Shown here: in pieces, positions 27,199 to 38,160 of the stretch | How positions within the stretch are numbered: the first letter of the stretch is position 1 | Layout of the letters: each line of letters starts with the position of its first letter | Assembly (NCBI RefSeq): GCF_963921235.1 | Contig: NC_086097.1 | Location: forward strand, 77,812,001-77,876,000 | Direction of reading: 5' to 3' | Source: Mobula hypostoma | Lineage: Eukaryota | DNA length: 64,000 nucleotides | Position numbers and translations under genes: made by a program | The notes under the pieces: generated by a model | The model's input: only the letters and a program-made list of their open reading frames with translations | Told to the model about the DNA's origin: nothing | Databases searched by the model: none

Positions 27199-27734
27199 AT
27201 TCCTGCCTGCAAAGCAGCCTCATCAAAATTAATAACTGACTTCTTGGAAAAGGGATGTGGAGCCCTTTTTTTTAATTTAAGAGACTCAGTTTAATGCTTT
27301 TCAATGTTTTGGTAAGTTGATTTTTTTTTGCTGCACATTAAAAAAGATCAATTTTAACGTTATCGTTGACAGTTCTCTAATGCTGTTGAATGATTTTGAA
27401 TGTGTCTGACGCATACATTCAAAAACACCGCAGAGCCTGTGGGTCGATGACCAGCTGTTGAACACATCAGTGAGAGGAGCCAGCTTGTGGATCTCCACCG
27501 TGCCAATGAGCTGGTAGCCAGGTATCCAGCAGAATATGGCACCTGGGGCCCTGCTGGAACAAACACTGTGGACTGAGGAAAGCAGCCAGCAACGACATTG
27601 TAATGGAACGTTTGCCTCATAAGAATGTGAAGGAAAATATGGGCATGGATTTGCTGCTCCCCCCCCCCAATTATTTGACACACTGCTTCCTTTGCTGTGA
27701 ATATCATGCCGTGGTCCTCAGGTAACCTGAAAAA

Positions 27735-28243
27735 TGGGGTGACATATGCCAGACTGCTGTTCATAGGCTTCAGTTCAGGATCCAACACCATCTTACCCCA
27801 GAAATTGGTGGGGAAGCTGTCCTTGCTGGGTCTCAACACCCCCATCCGCAATTGGATAGAGGAGTTCTTAACAGTAAGGCCGCAGTCTGTCCATTTGGGT
27901 AGCAACATCTCTCATCCCATTACGCAGAGCACTGGCACTCCTCAGAGCAGCTCAGCCCACTGCTAACGCATGGCTGTGTCGCACGGTCCAGTTCAAACCG
28001 TGTCACCAAGTCTGCGGATGACACAACAGTGGTTGGCCTTATGAACGATGACAAGATGGAATGTAGAGAGGAAGTGGAGCGGCTGGGAGAAGAACAACCT
28101 AAGCCTGAACATGGAGAAGACCAAGGAAATCATTGTGGACTTCAGGAAGGTGCAGACGAACCATCCCCCTCTGCGAATGCATAGCTCCTCCGTAGAGAGG
28201 GTTACATCATGGATGACTTCACCTGGCCCCTTAATCTCACCTC
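27735..28243 (+). mobile_element. Rex1/Babar-type LINE RT fragment
   Basis: [61 protein letters not shown]. Confidence 0.9.
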
Positions 28244-29105
28244 TGTCATGATGCACTTGTGAAGGACTGGTCCCATGTGCGAAGGAATGGTAGGCTTTCT
28301 CTGTTACAGAGGTCGCTGGCAACTACTCAACTCAGGAGCTGTGGAAGCAGGCTCTTGACTCGAACCAGGAGCAGAAGAATGGCAGGATCCCCCGGAAGAG
28401 ACGGAAAAAAGAGATTAGACATCAGAATACCAACGGAGCCTCGGAAGAGTGACCGAGCGACACCACAAGAAAATTCATTCTGTCTGATACAATGATGCTC
28501 CTGCCATCCGCATACAACATAGCATACAGCTTGGAAACATTGCAATTGACTCAGAAACATAGCATATAACTTGGAAACAAAACATATAACTTGGAAACAT
28601 AGCATGATCATATAGCTCAGGAACACTGTGTTTCACTTGGAAGCATTGCAAGATCATATAGCTCAGAAACATTGCACTTGGCTCAGAAACATAGCCTATA
28701 ACTTGGGAAAAAAAGGCATAACATGGGGACCTTACAAACCTTGTTGATCCAGAGAACCTCGGAAAATAACCTTGAGCACAGACTGGAGAAGCTCAGAACC
28801 TGTGCTGGGTCCATAGGTTAGTTGGGTCGTTCTATCATGATGTGCTCACAAAGGACTGGACCCAGGAGCGGAGGAACAACAGGCTTTCACTGCTACGGAA
28901 GTTGCTTACACCTACCCAACCCAGGAGCTGCAGACGGCAGGCTCACGACTCGAACCAGGAGCAGAGGAATGGCAAGATCCCCAGGAAAAAAATGAAAACA
29001 AGAGGTTAGACATTGGAATACCAACAGAGCCTCAGAGGAAAAACTGAGCGAGTCCACAAGACAATTCATTCTCTCCAACACAACGACATCCTCACCCTTA
29101 TCACA
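28244..29105 (-). mobile_element. Small two-LTR-like element (direct repeats 28244-~28515 and 28833-29105) with a minisatellite interior
   Basis: Diverged ~270-bp direct repeats starting tgtcatgatg/tatcatgatg; minus strand after the right repeat reads gaacgacccaac...ATGGACCCAGCA (MDPA, Gypsy gag-like start); no TSD or PPT seen. Confidence 0.55.
28516..28710. repeat. ~20-26 bp minisatellite (gaaacatagcatataacttg and variants)
   Basis: About 8 degenerate units visible. Confidence 0.85.
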
Positions 29106-29106
29106 C

Positions 29107-29516
29107 AAGGTGATAGGTGAAAACAGAAGGGGGGCAAGGGTGAAGAAAGAGCTGGGAAGTTGATTAGTGAAGGACATACAGGGCTGGAGAAGGGGGAAAT
29201 CTAATAGGAGAGGACAGAAGCCCATGGAAGAAAGGGAAGGAGGAAGAGCACCAAAGGGAGGTGATGGGCAGGTACAGAGGTAAGGGACCAGAAGTTCGAG
29301 AAATCAATGTTCATGCCATCAGGTTGGAGGCAACCCAGATGAAATATAAGGAATTCCTCCTCCAACCTGAGTGTGGCCTCATCTCCATTCCTGATGAAGG
29401 GTCTCGGCCTGAAACATCGTCTATACTCTTTTCCATAGATGCTGCTTGGCCTGCTGAGTTCCTCTAGCATTTTGTGTGTGTTGCTTGGATTTCCAGCATC
29501 TACAGGTTTTCTCTTG
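29107..29516. mobile_element. Penelope inversion: minus arm 29107-29386, plus arm starting at the hammerhead (29387-29516)
   Basis: EATLRLEEEFLIFHLGCLQPDGMNIDFSNF on minus; CTGATGA agggtctcggcct GAAA CATC on plus. Confidence 0.88.
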
Positions 29517-29823
29517 ATGTGGTTAAAGACTTCGGAGTAACTAAGTTTAACACACTAAACCCTGTGGAGTAAAATAACAAGAGGTGAATGTACTGAATGC
29601 AGTGCTTTCACACAACAGAGCATTTCCAGCTGTGTTGGACCTGGTCAAATTATAGGCAAGTCTGGGAAGATCTGGAGTATGTTCTTTCCACTGTTAATTC
29701 TCTGCTGCTTTTGTCTATAGGAATCCATTTGGTTTATTTTGTAACCTTAGCAACATTCCCGCATTTGAAGTTAGAAACTAATCAATTACATGACTCTGAG
29801 AAATGCATCAAGATAAAATAAAG

Positions 29824-30086
29824 CAACACATGCAAAATGCTGGAGGCACCTAACAGGCCAGGCAGCATCTATGGAAAAGAGTATAGTCGACATTTCGGGT
29901 CGAGATCCTTTGGCAGGACTGGAGAGAGGTCACACTCAGGTCATAACATCTTGAGTCCTGCCGAAGGATCTCAGCCCGAAACATTGACTATACTCTTTTC
30001 CATAGACGCTGCCTGGCCTGCTGAGTTCCTTCAGCATTTTGTGTGTGCTACTTGGATTTCCAGCATCTGCAGATTTTCTCCAGTTT
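29824..30086. mobile_element. Penelope-derived fold-back insertion with two opposed decayed hammerheads
   Basis: Inverted arms; ribozyme remnants 29885-29920 (-) and 29954-29989 (+); 14-bp TSD AAGATAAAATAAAG (29810-29823, 30087-30100). Confidence 0.92.
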
Positions 30087-30288
30087 AAGATAAAATAAAG
30101 AAACGCACTAAGTAAATTCAGGCAATGCTGAGAGGTTCAACAAGACCCAGAACTAAGATTTTCATGAAGATGCAATATAACGTTTAGGTAAATATTTCAG
30201 TGCTGTTGATAACAATTATCATTATTGACATTTCCAGTTCAGGTTTTGTTTCTTCTGTTCCTTCAATTTTGGCTTTCATCACATTATC

Positions 30289-30351
30289 TGTAACATTGGT
30301 TACCTGTCCACCTTCCGCCCCACCTGGGTGGGACAGGTGACCAATGTTACA
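30289..30351. repeat. 63-bp inverted repeat / hairpin
   Basis: 21-bp arms tgtaacattggttacctgtcc / ggacaggtgaccaatgttaca, one U-G wobble, 21-nt loop. Confidence 0.9.
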
Positions 30352-33078
30352 AGTCGTGTGATCTATGTGGTCAGTCAGACACAGGGACTGGGTGCCATCA
30401 GCTGCATTGCCTCAGTCTCTATTTGAACACATCTTGCTTGTACTTCCTGTGCTTTCCTTCTTGTAATTAAGAACTCACAAAAGTGCCTGCATTCTGATGT
30501 TTCATTTAGACATGTTTACATTCCAATCTAAATTGTTGACCAGATATTTAATACATTGTAACATATGAATGAGATCTCTCATTGTGTTAACAGCAGGAAC
30601 TAAACATGAGAGCTTAATAAAGTGTAAAAAAGGATTGTTTTGACCATCGCACTGCTTATTCCTTTATAGTAATCCTTAGTGACGAGAATGTGAAGTTATG
30701 GCTCAAGTGCAGAGGGACAGGCACCGAAGTGGATGAACAGTTCACTGACTTAATGGAAAAAACAATATACGCTAGACCAACAGAGCCATTAACTAAAATT
30801 CCCAAAATGAAAGCTAGCGCCAACATTGCAGCTCGGAAGCAGTAACTTAATACTAAATAAACACCGCTCCTTTTCAGCGCCAGTCTAAACGCAATCGTCT
30901 TTCCCGGAACAAGGCCAAGGGTCATCTGGGAGCATTGACATTGCTGTACTTATGGTCAAGATTGGACAAGACTGAAACAAGAGGAAGGGAGTTAAATACA
31001 ATCACAATGAAACCCTAATTGGCTAGAATGTGCATTCCATTGACTGTGATTGTCTAGAATGTTTCTCAAGGTCTTGCACTTCCCAGTTGACGAGGTACTG
31101 GACCTTGCCCACATCCCGGAAGATGCCAGAAGGCGCCACACAGAGACAATACAGACCAGGGAACCATCCACCACATGGGGAGGTTGGGGGGGGGTGGGTT
31201 GATGGAGCAAGGGAGTAGGAAGTCATTGGCTTGAGCTGGGAAACATGGAACCCTGACTGAGTCTTCATGGATGATGGTAAGTGTAGCCTACATCAGTCTC
31301 TGTTGATAATCTTCTCCACTGTTAATGGTCCACATAGTGTTGGGCAGGCATGCAGCTCTCAACTTTCAAAGAAAGATCTCTAAATGCCAGCTAGACTTTC
31401 TACCCTGGCTTGCAAGGCCTAACCTGTAGGTGGAACCGATCAGCCTGCCGGGCATATTGTTTCTGAGTGCACAGCAGAGAAGCCCTAGCCTGTCTCCATG
31501 TGTGTTTGTAGCACTGGGCCAGCAGTTCAGCAGCAGGAACTCCCATGTCAATCTCCTAGTCAGGGAAGGGTGGTGGCTGGAATTCCTTCTGGCATTCAAA
31601 GGGGCACATGCCAGTGGAGGATGACTGGAGGTTACTGTGGGCAATCTCTGCCCAAAATTAGTTGGGCCTTCCAGGTCATGGACTGGGGAGAGACAAGGCA
31701 GTGCAGGGTTGTCTCCGGCTCCTGAATCGCTCTCTCAGTCTGGCTGATGGAAAACTGACTAGAGGGTGGCTGTGGCTCCCAAAGAAAACAGAAAGCCTTC
31801 TAAAAATGAGACGCTGACTATTGTCCTTGACCAGACACTATGTCCTGAGGGAAGCCGTGCAGCCTGAGCTCATGCTGAAGCATGAGGATGGCACTCTCTG
31901 AGCCAACGGCAGGTTGGGGAAAGCAGTGGAGTGGGGAGCTTTGGAGGACCGGTCCACAATCACAATCTAACGGGGACCAGACCAGTGATGGAATCTGTGG
32001 AGAAGTGGGACAGGGGCAGTAAGGCACAGGTAAGGCACAGTAAGGCAGAGCAGACTCACAGGCGCTGGTGTGACATCTGGTTCTGGACACGAGGGTGGCA
32101 AGCAGAGACAAAGTCATGGACATCCTGGCAAATAGACAGCCAGCAAAATCATCTCTTAATAAATTCCAGGGTCCATTCAATTCACGACTGGCCAACCAGA
32201 TGGGAAGAGTGAACCCCACACCAACACTCTGGACCGCACAGTTGCAGGAATAAACAACCAGTTGGGAGGTTCCCCATCTGGGCCTGAATCCAACTGTTGT
32301 GCAGCCCTTACCTCTGCCTCTGTTCCCCAGACCACTGGAGCAGCTATGTACTAGTGAGGAAAGATGGGCTCTGGATTTGCATTGTCCTCCGAGATGTGAA
32401 ACTAGAGGGGGAGAGCATCGGCCTTGGGGTCCTCAGGTGAAGACGTGAGCCCAATGGGTTTGACAGGAGTTGGCTCTTCTGGCATCTCAAATGTAGGAGA
32501 GTTTCTTCTGATCTGTCTATAACACAAAGGGGTGTTCTGCCCCCTTCAGCTAGTGTTACCATGCATCCAGGGCACCCTTGACAGCCTGATGTTACTGGTT
32601 CCGGGCATCGTAATTACACTCATCAGGAGTCAAGCAATGGGAAAGAAAAGCACAGGGCTGCCGCTGATTACCCACAAAGTGCTGGGAGAGTACAGCTCCA
32701 ATGCCAGCATCTGATGTGCCAACCTCGATGATGAATGACGGGATGGGTCTGGATGCTGTAGCTCCAGAGCAGAGGTGAAGCATCTCCTAAGTTCTGAGAA
32801 TGTTTGGTCTGTTTCACTTGTCTATAGGAATCTTGCAGAAGTCTTCTTGCTGAGTGCATGTATGGGGACCTCGATGGAACTGGTTTCTGATGAAGCTGCA
32901 GTAACTGTTCACAAGCCGTATGAAGTGCCCCACCTGCTTGAACGCAGTTAGTTCTGGCCACTCTGTGACTGCCTGAACTTTACATGGGTTAATTTGAGCA
33001 CTGGAAGGGTTGAGGAACAACATCTGCTCTTTGTGGAACTCATATTCTTCTGGCTGACATAAAGTGTGTTCTTGAGGA

Positions 33079-33194
33079 GCTGTCTAAGAACCCTCTGGAC
33101 ATGCTGGGTGTCTTCCTGATGAGAGAAGAAATAGATGCTGTCTAAGAACCCTCTGGACATGCTGGGTGTCTTCCTGATGAGAGAAGAAATAGAT
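33079..33194. repeat. Perfect 58-bp tandem duplication inside the Gypsy RT
   Basis: gctgtctaagaaccc...gaagaaatagat at 33079-33136 and 33137-33194. Confidence 0.95.
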
Positions 33195-34949
33195 AAGGAT
33201 GTCGTCCATGTAAACAAAAACAAAACTGATTCAACATGTCCTGAAGCATATCATTGACCAGGAGCGAAAAGAAAAAACAATAAGGGCATTGGTTGGACCA
33301 AAAGGCATCATGAGGTACTTATAGTGACCAGTGGAGGTGTTGAATACTGTCTTCCACTTGTCCCCACCTCAGATACGAACCAAGTTGTCAGCATTGTGCA
33401 GATGTATCTTGGAAAATATGATGGTTCCATGGAGATATTGAAATACAGAGGAAAGCAGGGAAATGGGTAATGATTCTTCACTGTAATGTTGCTGAGGGGC
33501 TGACAATCAATGCAGGGATGGAACTTGCCATTCTTCTTACTCACTAAAAAGAAGCCCCATCTTTGAACCAGAGTTATATCCCTGATATACCCAGCTGCCC
33601 TGGAGTCAATAAGTGCCTGAACCTCATGGGTCTGGGACCCTCATGACAAGGAAGCTGGGAGCATTACAGGATTAGGGGAAAATATTTGCAGGGAGAATTG
33701 ACCCATCAGAATCCCTCTTCCTTCTGATGGGTATCCCCCTTTACTGGGTACTTGGGTCATGATACCCAGAAGTGCACTGAATCGCCACATTAGAGGCAAG
33801 AACCTATTCTCCTGAACCGATCTCATTCCTCCTGTGATGGGTGCATGCGCCCAACTGCATAGGCTCCTCCGCAGCCTGGGTACTGGAGACCAGGGAGAGG
33901 GTGAAAACAGATGGTAATCTAACTAATAGGAAGCTTGGGGTATTCTTTCTTTGAGCCACCCAGTTGCCTGGTTGTCAATTCAAATGGCCAGATTTATCAG
34001 ATCATCCAGGTTGTCCTGCTCATTACGCACTGCGATTCAATGCCAAACCCCTGCACTTAGCCCACTCTGGAAAGCAGAGATGAGGGATCCCTCATCCCAC
34101 CCCATCTCAATAGCAAGAGTGTGGAAATATAGCGTGTAGTGTCTCACTGTCCCTTTCCCTTGGCACAGGTCCAGGAGTTAGTGGGCCCCCCACTAGAATA
34201 TCAAAAACTCTCTTGAATTCAACTAAAAATTGCTGCAATGACTGGGCTGCAGGGGAACCTTATTCCCGTAGGGTGTTAAACAGGCTGAATAGGAGTCTGT
34301 CTCAGAGATGCACCACATGCTCCAGTCCATGCGCATCATCACCGAACCGACCAGGCTGGGCTTGGAAAGTCAGCTCACACTGGGTAATAAAATTACCACA
34401 GCTGTTGTGGACACTGGAGATTCTGCCTGCTAGTTCAGATGATGTCATGGGAGTTGGGACATTAGTGGCCGGGGCTGATGGGACAGTTGAAGAGGAGGAT
34501 GTGGGAGAAGCGGGAGTGAGATTGACCTGGCTGAATGATGCTGAACTCCAGCGGTGAGAACAGTAATGGCTGTCTGCAGAGAGCTGCTGAATCACAGCCA
34601 TTGAGAACAAGTATCACTGCCACCTGATTCCAGCTATCTGTCGTGAGTTGCTAAGCAGTCGTTACGAGGGCTGACGCCTATTCTTCTTGCCTGGACTGGG
34701 CTTGCTGCTCTGAAAGTAGCTGTCACACTATGTGAGACACTTTTGACTGACTTTACCTTCTCTGCCACGAACTTCAGTCTGGGCTGGGCTTGTCATTCGG
34801 CGAGTAGCTGACACATTGCGTGAATCACATCTGCCAATGTAGCCACCAATGGCTGTAAGTTCTGTCCAATCTGAACAATGAATGTCAGGGCTATGATCAG
34901 CTGGTTCCCTCCACTTTTGCTGTGGTCAAGACTTGCTGACAAGAATGTG

Positions 34950-35353
34950 TGTCACGTCCCAATTGTTAATTCCCTATATTTCTCCTAATTTCCTATGATT
35001 GTGCCATGGTTCCAACCATTAATTTCTCATTTGCTTCTAATTCTCTTTGATGATGACACACCTGGTTTCCATCAAGACCAGCAGCATAAGAACCCCGGCA
35101 TTACAACCACTAGTCACCAGATCGTTGGTTTTGCCTGTGTGGTAATTGACGTTTCCCAGCCCCTTAGGAGCACGTGTTCTAAGTTTTGCTCCAGTTTTAA
35201 GGTTGACCTATGAAACTCTGTTTTTCTGTGTCAAGATTCCATGTCCAGATTCCTCCTGTTTGCTGTCCAACGTTCACATCCATGTAAGCATCGTAACTCG
35301 ATCTCCATACCTGTGTCCGGCACTTGGGTTCGCTTCATTTGCTCATTGCAACA
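34950..35353 (+). mobile_element. Solo LTR (family B) nested antisense in the 5' LTR of the Gypsy element
   Basis: TGTCAC..GCAACA termini, TSD ATGTG/ACGTG, homologous to 11361-11876; removing it restores a match to 30680-30720. Confidence 0.88.
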
Positions 35354-36049
35354 ACGTGTGGTTATGCCCCAAGTACAGAGGGGGAGACACTGAAACAGAC
35401 GAACAGTTCATTGACTGTTAAAAAGAACTGTGCATAATTAAAGGAAAAAAAAAACACTAGACCAACAGGGCCATTCACTAAAACTCTCAAACTGAAAGCG
35501 AGTGTCAACCTCTGGTTTGGTATCACAATACCAAATAAAAACCACTCCTTTATAGCATCAATCTAACCATAGTCTGCTGGAACAAAGCCAAAGATAGGTA
35601 AGTGAGTATTGATGTTGCTGAACTTCAGCCCAAGATTCCACAAGACTGAAGTGAGAGGAAGGGAGTGAAGTTCAATCACGATGAAATACTAACTGGCTGG
35701 AACATGCATGGTTGCCGAACCCACTCGGCAGTCCGCCTGCGAGGCCACCCAGATCTTATAGCAGGGTCCGTGCTTGTGACATTTAGATCACAAGTTCAGT
35801 GAGATTTTACTCTAAAGAGTTATAGAGTTATACAGCCATCGGATACCAGTTGACTTGGATCAACCCAACTCATCCAAGCCGACCAGAGTATCTTCCTGAT
35901 CAATGTTCTAATTCTTAGTTTAATATTTTTTCTTTCTGTCATCTCCTCAATATAATGGGATTCTCTTAAGATTATTTTTTGATATAGATAGTACATTAAG
36001 CTTAAATCAACATTGTGAAATTTATTTTTGATAATGTTATTTTCAGACC

Positions 36050-36310
36050 AATACTTCCCAAGCAAGACCTCTGTAACCAGAGCGACAGGTACATGGGATC
36101 TCCACCATCTCAGGTTCCTCTCTTACAGGTCATGCATAATCTTGATTTGGAATTGCATTGCCATTACATCATTGGCATTTGTTCGAAATGCAGAAACTGT
36201 TCATCAAACTCTTTAGAAGGGCTACAGCAATTTAAGAAGCTGGCTCAACACTGCCTTCTTAAGGGCTATGGAGGGTGCCTTTTCAAGAATACCAACACCC
36301 TGAACAAAGA
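36050..36310 (+). mobile_element. Old LINE 3' end (CR1/L2 group), similar to 48340-49160
   Basis: gggctacagcaatttaagaagctggctcaacactgccttcttaaggg and shared upstream motifs. Confidence 0.5.
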
Positions 36311-36984
36311 GTTATATTTCTCTCTGTCTCAGGTTTAACATGCATATTTTCAAAGTCCTGCCAACAATGTTATTAATTGCAAATACCCTCACACAGGCTA
36401 CAATGCGCATCATCTGCTGCAACGCTGGTTGACTTTCACCTTTATAGTGATACTTCATTAAAGCCAGAGAAAATCTCATTCCATTTAGCAGTTTATCCCT
36501 AAGATTAAAATCAAAACAAATAAGTGAGAAGGAAAGTAATCACATTATTTTTCACTTCCAAGGAGATACCAATCTTCAGAAGAATTATTAAAAGTATGTG
36601 TTAAGTTGCCTATCGAGCGGTTCATAGAAACTAGTCAGTTTGTGTCTTAAACTTTCACTCCCAAGTCATTGGTCTACAATCCACACACAGTAATGACTGC
36701 AAAGCCTTAATCTTCTTAAAGCAAAATCTGCCCAAGCTTCAGATGGATTCAGTTTGTGAAAGCATTTGCTTGCCCACATAAGCAGCTAGTGGCATTGAGG
36801 GCAAAGTCTGTGGAAAATAATAAGTTGCATCATATTTTTCAATAAAAATCATTTCTTTGGTGGATTCTTATAGAAGCTTTCAGGTGATATTTCTGTTTGA
36901 AATGGCTACTAGTCATCTGGCAGTATAAGCCAGTATTGCAGCCCAGGCATGACCTATGAAAGGCCATTGTGAGAGCAAAATGGT

Positions 36985-38160
36985 AAATCTGTGTGAATGT
37001 ACAGACACAATCATATACAAGGAGGTCCACAGCAGATGAAATATCACCAGTTCGCCATTCGACTTTGGAGCACCTGGACAACAGCAATACATACAGTCAG
37101 TCGGTTGCTGTTTATCAATAAAGCTCAGTGTACCACACCCATCATCCCTTCAGTATTAATCAACAAGCTTCAAAACCTGGACATTTGTACCTCTTCTTTA
37201 GTCAGAGGGTGGTAAATCTGAGGAATTTGTTGCCACGAGTGGCTGTAGAGGCCAAGTCATTGGGTGTATTTAAGGCAGAGGTAGATAGGTTCTTGTTTAG
37301 CCAGGGCATCAAAGGGTCTGGGGAGAAGACAGGGGAGTGGGGATAACTGGAAGAATTGGATCAGCCCATGACTGAATGGCAGAACAAACTCGATGGGCCA
37401 AATGACCTACCTCTGCTCCTATATCTTCTGGTCTTCTGGTCTTATGGTCTCTGCAACTGGATTCTTCATTTCCTCATTAGGACACTAGGCTGTGTAGATC
37501 AGAAATAAATTTACCTCCTCACAAGGTCGCCTCAAGGATGCATGCTAAGCCTATTGCTCTACTCTCTCTACGCTTAAGACTGTGTGTCTAGGCACAGCTT
37601 AAACTCCACTTATAAATTCGCTGATGCCACACTGTTGTTGGCAAAACGAAGCAGGCATATGGGAGCAAGATAGACTGATTGTTGTCATAGCAACTACCTG
37701 GTACTCAGCATCAGCAAGACCAATGAATTGAATGTTGCCTTCAGGAAGGGCACGTCAGGAGAACATACACCAGCTCTCGTTGAGAGGGCAGCAGTGGAAA
37801 GGGTGAGTAGGTTCAGGTTCCTGGTTATCAGCATTTTAGGGGATCTATCCTGGGCCCAGTTCATCAATGCAATCAGAAAGAAGGGACGCCGGCAGCTATA
37901 CTTCATTAGGTGTTTGAGGAGAATTGGACTCTGTAAATTTCTATAGATGTATTCTGGGGAGCATTGTAATGAGAGGGTCCAATGTGGAACATTGAAAGCG
38001 GTTGTAGTGTGTGGTAGATTCAGCTAGCTCCACCGCAGGCTTAACCCTCCCCATCATTGACTGGCAGATAGTCACTTAGTAATTCTTACGTCTTATGCTG
38101 CACTGCCACCACAAAACAACTAATTGCAGTGATAATAAACCTGATTCTAATTCTGATTCA
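36985..38160 (+). mobile_element. Rex1/Babar-type LINE, decayed, with a CR1 3' end inserted at 37192-37450
   Basis: VERVSRFRFLVISILGDLSW, RRQLYFIRCLRR; tail aataaacctgattctaattctgatt. Confidence 0.85.
37192..37450 (+). mobile_element. CR1 3' end, (TCTTATGG)n-tailed subfamily
   Basis: FFSQRVVNLRNLLPRVAVEA.SLGVFKAEVDRFL; tail tcttctggtcttctggtcttatggtct. Confidence 0.88.

Larger units (their letters stand above)
30680..35781 (-). mobile_element. Decayed Ty3/Gypsy chromovirus (Tf1/sushi-like) LTR retrotransposon with both LTRs
   Basis: gag CGNFITQCELTFQAQP, protease QALIDSRAAG (~33600), RT KKNGKFHPCID..ITVKNHYP and FVYMDDIL (~33200), RNase [21 protein letters not shown], integrase LHGFPQDIVS and FHVSQLKP, chromodomain VQYLVNWE; LTRs 30680-~31037 and 34937-35781; TSD CTTAG/TTTAG. 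Confidence 0.93.

Noticed and set aside
27394..27424. Short hairpin ttttgaatgt/acattcaaaa
   Set aside because: 10-12 bp AT-rich stem, compatible with chance
27360..27908. 182-aa minus-strand ORF
   Set aside because: Partly antisense to a Rex1 RT fragment; no recognisable domain in the remainder
28516..28710. Short repeats with variable intervening sequence, superficially CRISPR-like
   Set aside because: Degenerate minisatellite with no unique spacers, no cas genes, vertebrate context
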